From NCBI GenBank assembly GCA_938028835.1, contig CALIMJ010000006.1:4759-68758 (forward strand): a stretch of DNA of 64,000 bases, given 5' to 3'. Both the position numbers and the translations under genes were made by a program. Below the pieces are notes generated by a model. That model saw only the letters and a program-made list of their open reading frames with translations, was not told where the DNA came from and made no database searches. The DNA comes from an uncultured bacterium. Lineage in GTDB: Bacteria; Sysuimicrobiota; Sysuimicrobiia; Sysuimicrobiales; Sysuimicrobiaceae. Below are positions 9,744-19,473 of this stretch, piece by piece. Numbering within the stretch: position 1 is the stretch's first letter; every line of letters starts with the position of its first letter.

Positions 9744-11286
9744 CCCCCGCCCGCCCCCGCTCCCGCTCCGCCAGCACCCGCCGCAGGATCTTGCCGACCG
9801 CGGACTTGGGCAACTCGTCCACGAACTCCACCTCGCGCACCCGCTTGTAGGGGGCCACCCGCTCCCCCACGAACCGCAGCAGCTCCTCCAGGCTCACCGG
9901 CGCCCTGCGGACCACGAACGCCTTGGGTACCTCCCCCAGTTCGGGGTCGGGCCGGGGGACCACGCAGGCTTCACGCACCGCGGGGTGTTGACGCAGGACC
10001 TCCTCCAGCTCCGCGGGCGCGATGGAGTAGCCCTTGTACTTGATCATTTCCTTGCGGCGGTCCACCCACCACAGGTAGCCGTCCCCGTCGAACCGCACCA
10101 GGTCTCCCGTGCGGAACCAGCCGTCCGCGAACGCCTCCTGGTTGGCCTGCGGGTTGTTCCAGTAGCCCACGGTGACCATCGGCCCCCGCACCAGCAGCTC
10201 CCCCACTTCTCCCGCCTCCAGGTCCCGACCGGTCTCCGGATCCACCACCCGCTGGTCCAGTCCCGGCACCGGAGGTCCCACCGAACCCCGTTTGATCTTC
10301 ATGGGCGGGACCGCGATGTTCATCGGTCCCGCCGTCTCCGTCATGCCGATGTGCTCGGTGGCGGGGCAGCCGAAAACTTCCTCCGCCCGGCGGGCCAGCT
10401 CCGCGTCCAGGGGCAGGGCCGCGGTGTTCAGGAACCGCAGCCCGCGGTAGGCAAACCCCGTCCGCTCCGCGGCCTCCACCAGCTCCCACAGGGCTGGAGG
10501 CACGGCGAACAGCTCCCGAACCCGGTGCGTCTCCATCAGCCGCAACACCTCCACGGCGTCAAACCGTGGGACCAGCACCTGGCAGGCGCCCAGGCACACC
10601 CCGGCATTCAGCAGGGCCAGCAGGCCCGCGCAGTGGCACAGGGGCAGGAAGTGTACGTAGCGGGAGCGTTCCGTGATGAAGCCCACCGCCCGCCCGGCCA
10701 TCAGGTCCGCCACCACGTTGCGGTGGGTGAGGGCCGCGCCCTTGGGAAGGCCCGTGGTGCCGCTGGAGTACAGGATGCAGGCCAGGTCGTGCTGTGGGTC
10801 CAGGACCACGGGTTCGGGCTGCTGCCAGGGCTCTGCGGCTTCCTCCAGCTCGTCCAGGCTCAGCACGTAGCGCAGGGAAGAAGCCACGCCGGCCTCCCGC
10901 AGCTGGCCGACCCACTCCTTCGAGGCCAGGACCATCTGGGCTCCGGTGTCCAGCAGGCACCGCTGCACCTCCGGGAGCTTGCTGAGGGGGCTCAGAGGTA
11001 CCACAACCCCGCCCGCCCGGAGGACCCCGTAAAAGCCCAGGGGGACCTGCGGGCACGTGGGCGACAGGAACACCACGCGGTCGCCCTTCTCCAGCCCCAG
11101 CTCCTGCAGGGCCCGGGCCACCCTTCCGCTGGTGTCCCACAGCTGCCCGTAGGTGGTCACCCGCTCGGTAGGCCCCCACACCAGGACAGGCCGGTTCGGC
11201 TCCGACCGTGCCCACCGCTCCAGCAGCTGGCAGGAGGTCAGCTTGGGGACCGCCAGAGGATGCGCCGTGGGGTGACGGAACACCAA
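9736..11286 (-). CDS. AMP-forming acyl/aryl-CoA ligase
   Basis: [43 protein letters not shown]. Confidence 0.9.
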   Translation of the reverse strand: MVFRHPTAHPLAVPKLTSCQLLERWARSEPNRPVLVWGPTERVTTYGQLWDTSGRVARALQELGLEKGDRVVFLSPTCPQVPLGFYGVLRAGGVVVPLSPLSKLPEVQRCLLDTGAQMVLASKEWVGQLREAGVASSLRYVLSLDELEEAAEPWQQPEPVVLDPQHDLACILYSSGTTGLPKGAALTHRNVVADLMAGRAVGFITERSRYVHFLPLCHCAGLLALLNAGVCLGACQVLVPRFDAVEVLRLMETHRVRELFAVPPALWELVEAAERTGFAYRGLRFLNTAALPLDAELARRAEEVFGCPATEHIGMTETAGPMNIAVPPMKIKRGSVGPPVPGLDQRVVDPETGRDLEAGEVGELLVRGPMVTVGYWNNPQANQEAFADGWFRTGDLVRFDGDGYLWWVDRRKEMIKYKGYSIAPAELEEVLRQHPAVREACVVPRPDPELGEVPKAFVVRRAPVSLEELLRFVGERVAPYKRVREVEFVDELPKSAVGKILRRVLAERERGRAGGG

Positions 11287-11345
11287 CTTCCCTAGACCTC
11301 CTGCCCCACCGCCACCGTACCCGCTGCGGCCCTCAAGGACACCCC

Positions 11346-12347
11346 CTAGGAGGCCAGCGCTTCCAGAGCGCGGCGTACGTGGACGGGTGCCGTGCGCCTG
11401 CGATACAGGACCGTGAAGTCGGTGTTGTCCATGGGGTGCACGGCCCGGTGCACGGCCTGGCTCACCTGCTCCAAGACCTCTCCCTCCAGCCGCCGTCCGA
11501 CCACCAGGGACGCGGCTTCCTCCAGCACGAGGGGCCGGGAGGCAACCCCTCCCAGCACCAGCCGGCAGGACGCCACGGTCCCGTCCGGGTCCTGCCGCAC
11601 GGCTGCCGCCACACCCAGGGCCGCGAAGTCCAACGAACCCCGCCGCCGCACCTTGCGGTAGGTGCTGCGCAGCCCGTCCGCGGGCGGGAGCAGGACCTCC
11701 ACCACCAGCTCATCAGGCGACTTGTCCAGGTAGCGGATGCCGTCGTCCCGGTACAGGTCCTCCAGGGGCAGGACGCGCTCCCCTCGAGCGCCCACCAGCC
11801 GCACCTTCGCGCCCAGCGCGATCAGCGCCGGGGCCCCGTCGCCCGCGCTCACCGCCCAGCACCGCCCGCCGCCCGGCGCCACGCGGCACGGTACTTCCTG
11901 CGGGCTGTGGGGCCCGGGTGCCTTCATGCACCAGCCCACGGCCTCGCGCCAGTGCTCCGTCTGGTCGTAGTAGTTGCAGCGCGTGTCCAGGCACAGGTTC
12001 CCGCCCAACGTGCCCATGCGGTGCAAAATGGGGTTGGAGCACACCGCGACCGCTTGCGCCAGCGCACGGTAGGCGGAGCGCACCGCGGGCTGCGCGGCCA
12101 CCTCCGCCAGGGTGCACCCGGCGCGCAGCACCAGGCCCTGTTCCGGACTCCCGGACCAGCCCCGCAGCTCCCGCAGCCCGCGCAGGCTCACCAGGTACCG
12201 GGGCTGCAGCTGGCGGCGTTTCATCTTCGGGAGCAGGTCGGTGCCGCCCGCCAGCGGCGCCGCCTCCGGGCCCAGCTCCGCCAGCATGCGCGTGGCCTCC
12301 GCCACCGTGGCGGGCCGGAGCAACTGAAAAGCGGGCAGGCGCAGCAT
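11346..12347 (-). CDS. hcrB: 4-hydroxybenzoyl-CoA reductase beta (FAD) subunit
   Basis: AGGTDL and GTLGGN FAD motifs plus the Cys-rich insert (CNYYDQ...WCMK...C...C) of the [4Fe-4S] HcrB type. Confidence 0.8.
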   Translation of the reverse strand: MLRLPAFQLLRPATVAEATRMLAELGPEAAPLAGGTDLLPKMKRRQLQPRYLVSLRGLRELRGWSGSPEQGLVLRAGCTLAEVAAQPAVRSAYRALAQAVAVCSNPILHRMGTLGGNLCLDTRCNYYDQTEHWREAVGWCMKAPGPHSPQEVPCRVAPGGGRCWAVSAGDGAPALIALGAKVRLVGARGERVLPLEDLYRDDGIRYLDKSPDELVVEVLLPPADGLRSTYRKVRRRGSLDFAALGVAAAVRQDPDGTVASCRLVLGGVASRPLVLEEAASLVVGRRLEGEVLEQVSQAVHRAVHPMDNTDFTVLYRRRTAPVHVRRALEALAS

Positions 12348-12357
12348 CGGGCTCCCC

Positions 12358-14766
12358 CTATGCGGGCTGCGCCGCCTCCTCCCAGCTCTGGGGGCGGGGG
12401 ACCCGCTCCGGGGGCGGGAAGGAGAACGGCGGCACCTTGGTCGGGCCCACGCGGCCCGTCCGGCCCTTGCGCTGTTCCTCCAAAGCCTTGAGCACCCTCT
12501 CGGGCGTGGCGGGAACTTCGTCCACCCGCACCTTCAGGGCGTCCGCGATGGCGTTGAGGATGGCGGGCACCACGCACAGCAAAGGACCCTGGCCCACCTC
12601 CTTAGCGCTGAAGGGGGCCCGGGGTTCCTCCGTCTCGACCAGGAAGGTGATCACCTCCGGCATCTCGTACACGGTGGGCACCTTGTAGTCCAGCCAGGAC
12701 GGACCCCGGTGCAGCTCCTTGCGGAAGGCCTGCTCCTCCATCAGGGCCTCGCCCAGGGCCATGTGCACGCTGCCCTCCACCTGGCCCTCCACCAGCACCG
12801 GGTTGAGGGCCCGGCCGATGTCGTGGGCCACCCATACCCGCTCCACCTTCACCTCTCCGGTCTCGGGGTCCGCCTGCACCTCCGCCACGCACGCGGAGAA
12901 GGTGTAGGCGGGCGAGGGCCCCACCCCGGAGCCTTTGTACGTCCCCAGCTTCTGCGGGGGCCGGTAGCTGCCGGAGGTGGCCAGGCACCCGAACCTGGCC
13001 TCGGCCCACTGTGCCGCCTGGGCGAAAGAGCCACCGACTTGCGGGTTCGCCTCATCGAAGATTCGCCGGGACCGCGCCACCAGCCGGCTCCGGGGCACCT
13101 GCAGGCGTTCGGCCACCGCCTCGAACAGCAGGTCCCGCACCCGACAGGCGGCCTCATACGCCGCGTTGCCCACCATGAGCGTCACCCGGCTGCTGTAGCT
13201 GCCGAGGTCGATGGGAGTGAGGTCCGTGTCGGAGGTCACCAGGCTTACGTCCTGGGGCTGCAGTCCCAAAACCTCCGCCACGATGGTGGCCACCGCGGTG
13301 GCCGAGCCCTGCCCGATCTCCGTGGCCATGGTGTACACGGTCACCCCGCCCGAGCGGTCCACCCGCAGGTGAACCTCGGAGTGGGGCATGTCGCTGTAGT
13401 AGATGGAGCCGCCCGCGCCCGTGAGGTAGGCGCTGCACGCAAACCCCAGCCCCCGCCCGTAGGGCAGCCGGCCCCGACGCTCGTGCCACCCGCTGGCCTC
13501 CACCACCTTCTCGATGCACGCCCGCAGCCCGTTGCTGGTGATCTCCAGCCAGTTCACCGTGAGCTCGTTGGGCCCCGTGAGGTTGCGCAGCCGCAGCTCC
13601 ACGGGGTCCAGGCCCAGCTCCTCGCTCAGCTTGTCCAGGTGCACTTCCAGGGCGCAGCGGGCCTGCGGGGTGCCGTGGCCGCGCTTGGGGCCGCACGGCG
13701 GCTTGTTGGTGAACACCCGGACGGCCTGGAACCGGTAGTGGGGAATCCGGTAGGTGACCGGCTGCTGCGTGCCGGCGTAGAGCATGGTGGCGGGGCCGAA
13801 GGAGCAGTACGCCCCACCGTCCAGATAGGCCTCCACGTGCATGGCGGTGATGCGGCCGTCCCGCTTCACCCCCGTCCGGATCCGCAGCAGCTCCGGGTGC
13901 CGGCCCCGGTGCGCGTAGAACACCTCCTCCCTCGTGAGGGTGATCTTCACCGGCCGGCCCGTGAGCATGCTGAGCTTGGCAGCACACACCTCGTGGTGGA
14001 AGATGTCCAGCTTGCCGCCGAACCCCCCGCCTACTGCGGGTACCACCACCCGCACCTGGTGCTCCTCCAGGCCCAGGGCCTTCGCCAGTCCCCGGTGCAG
14101 GTAGTGGGGGCCCTGGTGGGACGTCCACAGGGTGAGCTTCCGCGCCCCGGGGTCCCACCAGGCCAGGGCGCTGTGCGGCTCCAGGGGCGCGTGGGTGCTG
14201 CCCTCGTAGAAGAACAGGTCCTCCCGCACGTGGTCGGCTTCCGCGAAACCCACCTCCACGTCGCCGAACTCCAACGAGGCCAGCCGGTGGACGTTGCCAA
14301 ACGGCCCGTACTCGTGGATGCGGGGCTCCGGGTTCCGCAGGGCCTCCTCCAGGTCCATGCGGGCCGGCAGCGGTTCGTACTCCACCTCCACCAGCCGGGC
14401 GGCCTCCTCCGCGGTGTACGGATCCACCGCCGCCAGGGCGGCCACCGGCTCGCCCACGTAGCGCACCTTGTCCACCGCCAGCGCGGTCTCGTCCTGCCCC
14501 ACGGGGAACACGCTGTAGCGGACCGGGACGTCCCGGCCCGTGATGGCCGCCACCACCCCGGGAAGCTGCAGGGCCCGCTCCAGCCTGACCGACACCAGCT
14601 TGGCGTGCGCGTGCGTGCTGCGCACCAGCTTGCCGAACAGCATGCCCGGAAGGCTGAGGTCGTCGGTGTACTGGGCGCGGCCGGAGACCTTGGCCCAGCC
14701 GTCCACCCGCGGCAGGCGCTGGCCCACCACGTTCCACACGCGTTCCCGCTCCTTCAGGACCCGCAT
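12358..14766 (-). CDS. hcrA: 4-hydroxybenzoyl-CoA reductase alpha (molybdopterin) subunit
   Basis: Xanthine-oxidase family motifs VGGGFGGK, PKRGHG, EIGQGS, GSYSSRVT, GVGPSPAY, KEVGQG. ATG at 14766. Confidence 0.8.
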   Translation of the reverse strand: MRVLKERERVWNVVGQRLPRVDGWAKVSGRAQYTDDLSLPGMLFGKLVRSTHAHAKLVSVRLERALQLPGVVAAITGRDVPVRYSVFPVGQDETALAVDKVRYVGEPVAALAAVDPYTAEEAARLVEVEYEPLPARMDLEEALRNPEPRIHEYGPFGNVHRLASLEFGDVEVGFAEADHVREDLFFYEGSTHAPLEPHSALAWWDPGARKLTLWTSHQGPHYLHRGLAKALGLEEHQVRVVVPAVGGGFGGKLDIFHHEVCAAKLSMLTGRPVKITLTREEVFYAHRGRHPELLRIRTGVKRDGRITAMHVEAYLDGGAYCSFGPATMLYAGTQQPVTYRIPHYRFQAVRVFTNKPPCGPKRGHGTPQARCALEVHLDKLSEELGLDPVELRLRNLTGPNELTVNWLEITSNGLRACIEKVVEASGWHERRGRLPYGRGLGFACSAYLTGAGGSIYYSDMPHSEVHLRVDRSGGVTVYTMATEIGQGSATAVATIVAEVLGLQPQDVSLVTSDTDLTPIDLGSYSSRVTLMVGNAAYEAACRVRDLLFEAVAERLQVPRSRLVARSRRIFDEANPQVGGSFAQAAQWAEARFGCLATSGSYRPPQKLGTYKGSGVGPSPAYTFSACVAEVQADPETGEVKVERVWVAHDIGRALNPVLVEGQVEGSVHMALGEALMEEQAFRKELHRGPSWLDYKVPTVYEMPEVITFLVETEEPRAPFSAKEVGQGPLLCVVPAILNAIADALKVRVDEVPATPERVLKALEEQRKGRTGRVGPTKVPPFSFPPPERVPRPQSWEEAAQPA

Positions 14767-15251
14767 CCCGATGGCCTCCCCGTCTCGCGAAGCCGCCGCG
14801 CCGCGGCCTGCACCGCCTCCAGGATCTTCACGTAGCCGGTGCAACGGCAGAACACCCCCGCCACCGCCTCCCGCACCTGCTCGCCCGACGGCTCGGGGAC
14901 ACGGTCCAGCAGCGCCTTGGTGACCAGCACCATGGCGGGGGTACAGTAGCCACACTGCAGGGCGCCACTGTCCACGAAGGCCTGTTGCACCGGGTGCAGC
15001 TGACCGTCCGTAGCAAGCCCCTCCACGGTGGTGACCTCGTGGCCTTCGAGCTCTTGGGCCAGGAGCAGGCAGGACAGCGCAGGCTCCCCGTCCACCAGTA
15101 CCGTGCAGATCCCGCACTCCCCCAGCTCGCACCCGTGTTTGGTCCCCACTAGCCCCAGGTCCTCCCGCAGCACCTCCAGGAGCGTGCGGTGGGGCGGCAC
15201 CAGCACCCGGTGCTCCTGCCCGTTCACCCTGAGCCGGACCACACGCTCCAT
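14754..15251 (-). CDS. hcrC: 4-hydroxybenzoyl-CoA reductase gamma ([2Fe-2S]) subunit
   Basis: GTKHGCELGECGIC, QCGYCTP, CRCTGY. Confidence 0.8.
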   Translation of the reverse strand: MERVVRLRVNGQEHRVLVPPHRTLLEVLREDLGLVGTKHGCELGECGICTVLVDGEPALSCLLLAQELEGHEVTTVEGLATDGQLHPVQQAFVDSGALQCGYCTPAMVLVTKALLDRVPEPSGEQVREAVAGVFCRCTGYVKILEAVQAAARRLRETGRPSGCGS

Positions 15252-15266
15252 CCCACCCTCCCTTGA

Positions 15267-15280
15267 ACTGACCGGTCAGT
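15267..15280. promoter_or_regulatory. Perfect 14-bp palindromic operator ACTGACCGGTCAGT upstream of hcrC
   Basis: Self-complementary, lies between the putative promoter and the RBS, and has a near copy upstream of bcrC. Confidence 0.65.
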
Positions 15281-15337
15281 CTAGTCCCTTCGTACCCCTT
15301 GCCTAGTCCGCCAGCAATCCGGCGCAGGCCGGATGAC

Positions 15338-16741
15338 CTAGGTCCTACGTCCGACGGAGGGCAGGAAGTCCTCCAGGCGCACCCGGTCCCAGCCCATGGG
15401 CTTCAACCGCTGAAACGGCTTTCGCGCGTCCTCCCCCGCGCACAGGGGCGGCTTGGTGGCGTCGATGAGGAGCTTGCCGCCCACCCGGTTCCAGTACGGG
15501 CCGCCGGGTGGTATCAGCTCCCGCGCGGACGGGTCCATGGGGTGCACCCGCACGCCGGGGATCACCACTACGTCTGTCTCGGGGTTGCAGCGGGTATTGA
15601 CGGCCCACAGGACCTCCCAGGGCTGGTAGGGGTCCACGTCCTCGTCCACCGCGATGGCGACCTTGGGGTGTAGCACGGGACTGCTGACCACGCCCAGGAG
15701 CACCTGCTTGGCCTCACCCCAGAAGCGCGGCGTCATCTGGACCACCACCCCGAAGATTCCGGGCAGCACCACCACGTTGTGCAGCTCCACGTGGCCCGCA
15801 ATGCTCCGGATGTGGTTGTAGATGGCCGCCGCCAGCGGCACCTTGTGGAACACACAGCCCTCGACCTCCGACCCGTTCTGCACCGCCTTGTAGATGGCGT
15901 CCTGCCGCAGGGTGATGCAGTCCACCTCCACCACGGGGTTATGCCCCATCCCCGCCACGTAGTAGTCGTGGAACTCGGAAAACGGTCCTTCCGGCTCCCG
16001 CACGTGGGGCAGGACCTTCCCCTCCAGCACGATCTCCGCGTCCGCGGGGACTTCCAGGTCGTTGGTCTCGCACCGGACCACCTGGACCGGCTCGCCCAGC
16101 AAGCCGCCCGCCAGCTCCAGCTCGTCCATCTCGAAGGGCCCGCTGGTGGCAGCGGCCATGTAGTGCAGCGGGTGGTGGCCGATGTAGATGGCCACGGGCA
16201 TCGCCTCGCCCGCGGCCTCGTACGCGTCGTAGATGCGTCGGGTGTGCCGTGGGACCATGAGGATCCCCAGCTTGCGGGGGCCCTTCACCTGCAGGCGGTG
16301 GAAAGCGACGTTGCGCTTGCCCGTGGCCGGATCGCGGCAGACTACCAGACCCGAGGCGATGTAGGGCGGTTCCTCGCTCCCGTTGACGTGCACGGGCAGC
16401 CGGGTCACGTCCGCCTCCGTGCCCTTCCACACCACCTCCTTCACCGGGCCGGAGGCCACCCGCTGCGTAGGGACCCGCCGCTGGGACCGCTCGGCCGCGG
16501 TGGGGGTCAGGCGCTGCAGGGTAGTGCCGTACGCCAGCGCCGCGTGACGCAGGTTCGCGGGCGCCATGCCCAGGCTGCGCCATCCCGGGTAGCCCACCAG
16601 GTTCTCGAACAGCAGGGCTTTCTCCCGGGATTGGTACAGCAGAGCTCCCATCTCCGTGCGGGGATCCACCGGGCTGCGCACCCGCACCAGTTCCCCGACG
16701 TCTTCCAGCTGGGCGATCCACGTGCGCATGTCCGCCGGCAT
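15338..16741 (-). CDS. UbiD-family prFMN-dependent (de)carboxylase
   Basis: HRLQVKG, VPADAEIVLEG, EGPFSEF, VDEDVD, IDATKP. Confidence 0.9.
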   Translation of the reverse strand: MPADMRTWIAQLEDVGELVRVRSPVDPRTEMGALLYQSREKALLFENLVGYPGWRSLGMAPANLRHAALAYGTTLQRLTPTAAERSQRRVPTQRVASGPVKEVVWKGTEADVTRLPVHVNGSEEPPYIASGLVVCRDPATGKRNVAFHRLQVKGPRKLGILMVPRHTRRIYDAYEAAGEAMPVAIYIGHHPLHYMAAATSGPFEMDELELAGGLLGEPVQVVRCETNDLEVPADAEIVLEGKVLPHVREPEGPFSEFHDYYVAGMGHNPVVEVDCITLRQDAIYKAVQNGSEVEGCVFHKVPLAAAIYNHIRSIAGHVELHNVVVLPGIFGVVVQMTPRFWGEAKQVLLGVVSSPVLHPKVAIAVDEDVDPYQPWEVLWAVNTRCNPETDVVVIPGVRVHPMDPSARELIPPGGPYWNRVGGKLLIDATKPPLCAGEDARKPFQRLKPMGWDRVRLEDFLPSVGRRT

Positions 16742-16748
16742 GGCCGCC

Positions 16749-16877
16749 CTACCGCAGGACCTCCGCCCACTTGGCCAGCACCCGCTCCCGCACCTCGGGG
16801 CTGGAGGCGGCCACGGGCGGGAACCGGTCCTTCCACTCGAAGGGACGGGTGGCGTCGATCACCGCGCGGGAGTTGAA
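16749..16877 (-). pseudogene. C-terminal remnant of a second UbiD-family gene
   Basis: Manual translation FNSRAVIDATRPFEWKDRFPPVAASSPEVRERVLAKWAEVLR* is a typical UbiD C-terminus (IDATRP). It is cut off by the IS end. Confidence 0.7.
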
Positions 16878-17516
16878 CCGTTCTGCAACTCATGGTCATC
16901 TATTTCCACAGTGGGATAGATAACCGGTTGCTTCCTGCCTCATCGACCCATAGCTCGTAGACCAGCTGCACCGTTCCGCCGCCAGAGGGATCTCCGCAGG
17001 CGTCACTTCCCGGGGAACTCCCGGTAGGGCTGCTTAGGACAGCCAGGCCATATTCTCGCAGGTTCAGCGCGGCGTTCAGGTCCCGGTCTAGTTCTAGACC
17101 GCACGCCGCACACCGGAAAACCCGGCGGGAAGGGTGTAGCCTGGGCCCCACCATCCCGCACCGCCAGCACCGCCTGGTGGACGGGAAGCCCCCAGATGCC
17201 ACGATGAGCTGCGATCCGTACCAGTGGGCCTAGTACTCCAGCATCCGCCGGAAGCTAGCCCAGCTCACATCGGCTGCACGTCGGGACAGCCTCCCCCCGG
17301 CCAGCCCCCGCACGTTCAGGTCTTCCACCACGATGACTGGCTTGGTTCTCACCAGCCATGTAGTGACCTTGTGCAGGAAGTCCCGGCGGATGCAGCGAAC
17401 CCGGCGGTGCAGCCGTGCCAGCCGCAAGGCTGCCGCCAGGCGGTGATGTAGCTGATGCCCTCGAGACGAGCTCAGTCTGAAAGTTTCATCAGTAATAAAC
17501 GATCACAAAGACGGGG
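16878..17516 (-). mobile_element. Internally deleted, non-autonomous IS607-family element (tnpA 5' remnant fused to tnpB 3' remnant)
   Basis: AT-richer left end followed by ATG 17489 MKLSD*ARLEGISYITAWR (IS607 TnpA MerR-like N-terminus). Then a tnpB remnant, and a right end ...GAGTTGCAGAACGG. GG at both junctions, no target duplication. Boundaries approximate. Confidence 0.75.
16900..17432 (-). pseudogene. tnpB: tnpB pseudogene (RuvC/zinc-finger part)
   Basis: DFLHKVTT, IVVEDLNVRGL, FRRMLEY*AHWYG (in-frame TAG at 17230-17232), PSTRRC..C, C..CG.ELDRDLNAALNL. N-terminus missing. Confidence 0.85.
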
Positions 17517-18589
17517 CCAGCTGTCACCCCCCGCGCCTCCAACTGCGGGTCCTCCCGGATGTCCCGCGGGTCGGCCACCGGGTAGCCCAGGATCCCCCGG
17601 CGCAGGGCCTCGTGGGTGAACTCCGCCTTGGTCCGCTCCGCCAGGAACGCCGCGATGGCCTCCTCCAGCCGATCGATCTCCTCCTGGGTCGCGGTGACCA
17701 CGTCGAAGGCCTCCCAGTCGCGGCCCCGCAACGCCTCCGGCAACGCCCCACACTCCTCCATCCAGCGCACCAGGGCCGCGTTGGAGTGGCGGCCCGCCTC
17801 CCCGGAGTACAGGATGAAGTTGATGTACCCGTCCCGGCACCGGTACACGGCCCGCACCCGCGCGCCGTGCACGTTGCGGCCCACCATGGCGTTGCCGGCC
17901 CGGCGCAGGTCCCTCCCGAACAGGCTGTAGTACGCGGGCGCGTTGGCCAGGGCGCTCAGCAGGCTGGCCTGAACGGACACGTCCACCAGCTGGCCGCGTC
18001 CGGTCCGCTGGCGGTACAGGTGCGCTACCAGGGCACCCGCGGCCGCGTACAGGCTTCCCCACAGGGGCGCCTGCGGCAACGACACCCGCAACGGCGAGCC
18101 GTCAGGCCTTCCGACCAGCTGCATGAGCCCGCTGGCCGCCATCACCACGAGGTCCGGACCTCGCCACCCGCTGCGGGGACCCGTGCGCCCGAAGGGCGTG
18201 AGGGACACCCACACCACCCGCGGGTTGCTCTCCCGCAGCTGCGGGTAGCCGACACCCAGCTCCTCCAGGAAGCCCGGCGGGTAGGACTCCACCACGAAGT
18301 CCGCGCGCGCCACGAGGCGCGCGAAAAGCTCCCGCCCCCGGGGATCCTCCAACGCCAGGGTGATGCCCCGCTTGTTGGCGTTGTACGCAAGCCACGGGAG
18401 GCTGCGCTCCGGGTGGGGTTCGTCACGGTAAAAAGGACCCCGCCACCGGCCCGGGTCCCCGCCCGGGGGCTCCACCTTCACCACGTCCGCGCCCAGGTCT
18501 CCCAGCAGCCGGCCGCAGAACCAGCCGGCCTCGTCCGTGAGGTCCAGCACCCGGTAGCTGGCCAGCAGGCTGGAGGCTTCCCTCACCAC
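17489..18589 (-). pseudogene. Family III CoA transferase (CaiB/BaiF), C-terminally truncated
   Basis: YRVLDLTDEAG, LGDLGADVVKVEPPGGD, NANKRGITL, TGRGQLVDVS. Homology ends at DPQLEARG (about 17530) and the frame runs into the IS left end. Confidence 0.75.
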
Positions 18590-19338
18590 GGAGATCCTAC
18601 CTTCCTCCGCCGGGACAGCCTCTGCACGCGCTCCGCGAAGTACGCCAGGTGCTCCCGCATGAGGGACCGGGCGCGCTCTGAGTCTCGGGCCTGCACCGCG
18701 TCCAGGATGGCCTGGTGATCCTCTACCGCTCGCGCGGCCATGGCGTCGTCGGGCAGCAGGCGCGCCAGCACCTCGTGGAACAGGGCACGGAAGGAGGCCA
18801 GGGCGGCCACCAGCACGGGGTTCCCGGAGGCCTCCGCCAGCGCCGTGTGGAACCCCACGCTGTGGGGGATGAAGTAAGGGTCGCCGCGCTGCCGCCCCGC
18901 ACGGGCCTGCTCCACCGCCGCGCGCATGGCCTCCAGGTCCCTGGGCCGCGCCCGCTGTGCGGCCAGGGCGGCCACCTCCGGCTCCAGGAGCAGCCGGGCC
19001 TCCGCCAGCGCCCGCAGCGACGCCCGGTTCACCCGCAGGAGGTTCGCCAGCGACTCCGTGACGTGCCGCGGCTCGGGCACCGACACGAACACCCCACCCC
19101 TGGCACCGACGCGGATCCGCACGAAGCCCTCGGACTCCAGGATCCGCAGGGCGTCGCGGATGGTCACCCGGCTGAGCCCGAACTGCCGGGCCAGCTCCTT
19201 CTCCGACGGCAGCCGCTGCCCGCTGCGGAGCTGGCCCCTCAGGACCATCTCCTTGATGTGCCGGACCACCGCGTCCGAGGCGCGCACGGGGCGGGGCGGT
19301 TCGACCGGAGTGCGGACGAGGGGTTCCGCTTGCGCCAT
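18583..19338 (-). CDS. GntR/FadR-family transcriptional regulator
   Basis: RLPSEKELARQFGLSRVTIRDAL wHTH plus FCD domain (FHTALAEASGN). ATG at 19338. Confidence 0.9.
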   Translation of the reverse strand: MAQAEPLVRTPVEPPRPVRASDAVVRHIKEMVLRGQLRSGQRLPSEKELARQFGLSRVTIRDALRILESEGFVRIRVGARGGVFVSVPEPRHVTESLANLLRVNRASLRALAEARLLLEPEVAALAAQRARPRDLEAMRAAVEQARAGRQRGDPYFIPHSVGFHTALAEASGNPVLVAALASFRALFHEVLARLLPDDAMAARAVEDHQAILDAVQARDSERARSLMREHLAYFAERVQRLSRRRKVGSPW

Positions 19339-19418
19339 GGCAAAGGTAATATCGTTCAGATCTCCACCGCCCACCATCGGTCGCGCAGCCGACTTCCTCG
19401 GGTGCGGGCCCGATGTCG

Positions 19419-19447
19419 TTGACACCCCAGGGCACAGCGCCCATCAT
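19419..19447 (+). promoter_or_regulatory. Putative sigma70 promoter for ubiX (TTGACA-17bp-CATCAT)
   Basis: Consensus -35 with 17-bp spacer in the divergent intergenic region. Confidence 0.45.
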
Positions 19448-19473
19448 GGGGCCGACTGCTGCAGGAGGGTGGG

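Noticed and set aside
16900-17432. Active TnpB/Cas12-like nuclease
   Set aside because: The N-terminal half, including RuvC-I, is deleted and there is an in-frame TAG.
17472-17474. Selenocysteine or recoded TGA in the tnpA remnant
   Set aside because: The position corresponds to a Trp codon (TGG to TGA) in a decayed element, and other genes use TGA as a normal stop.
17489-19447. 652-aa regulator/CoA-transferase fusion
   Set aside because: GntR is in a different frame; the extension is a stop-free shadow frame upstream of the real GTG at 18589.
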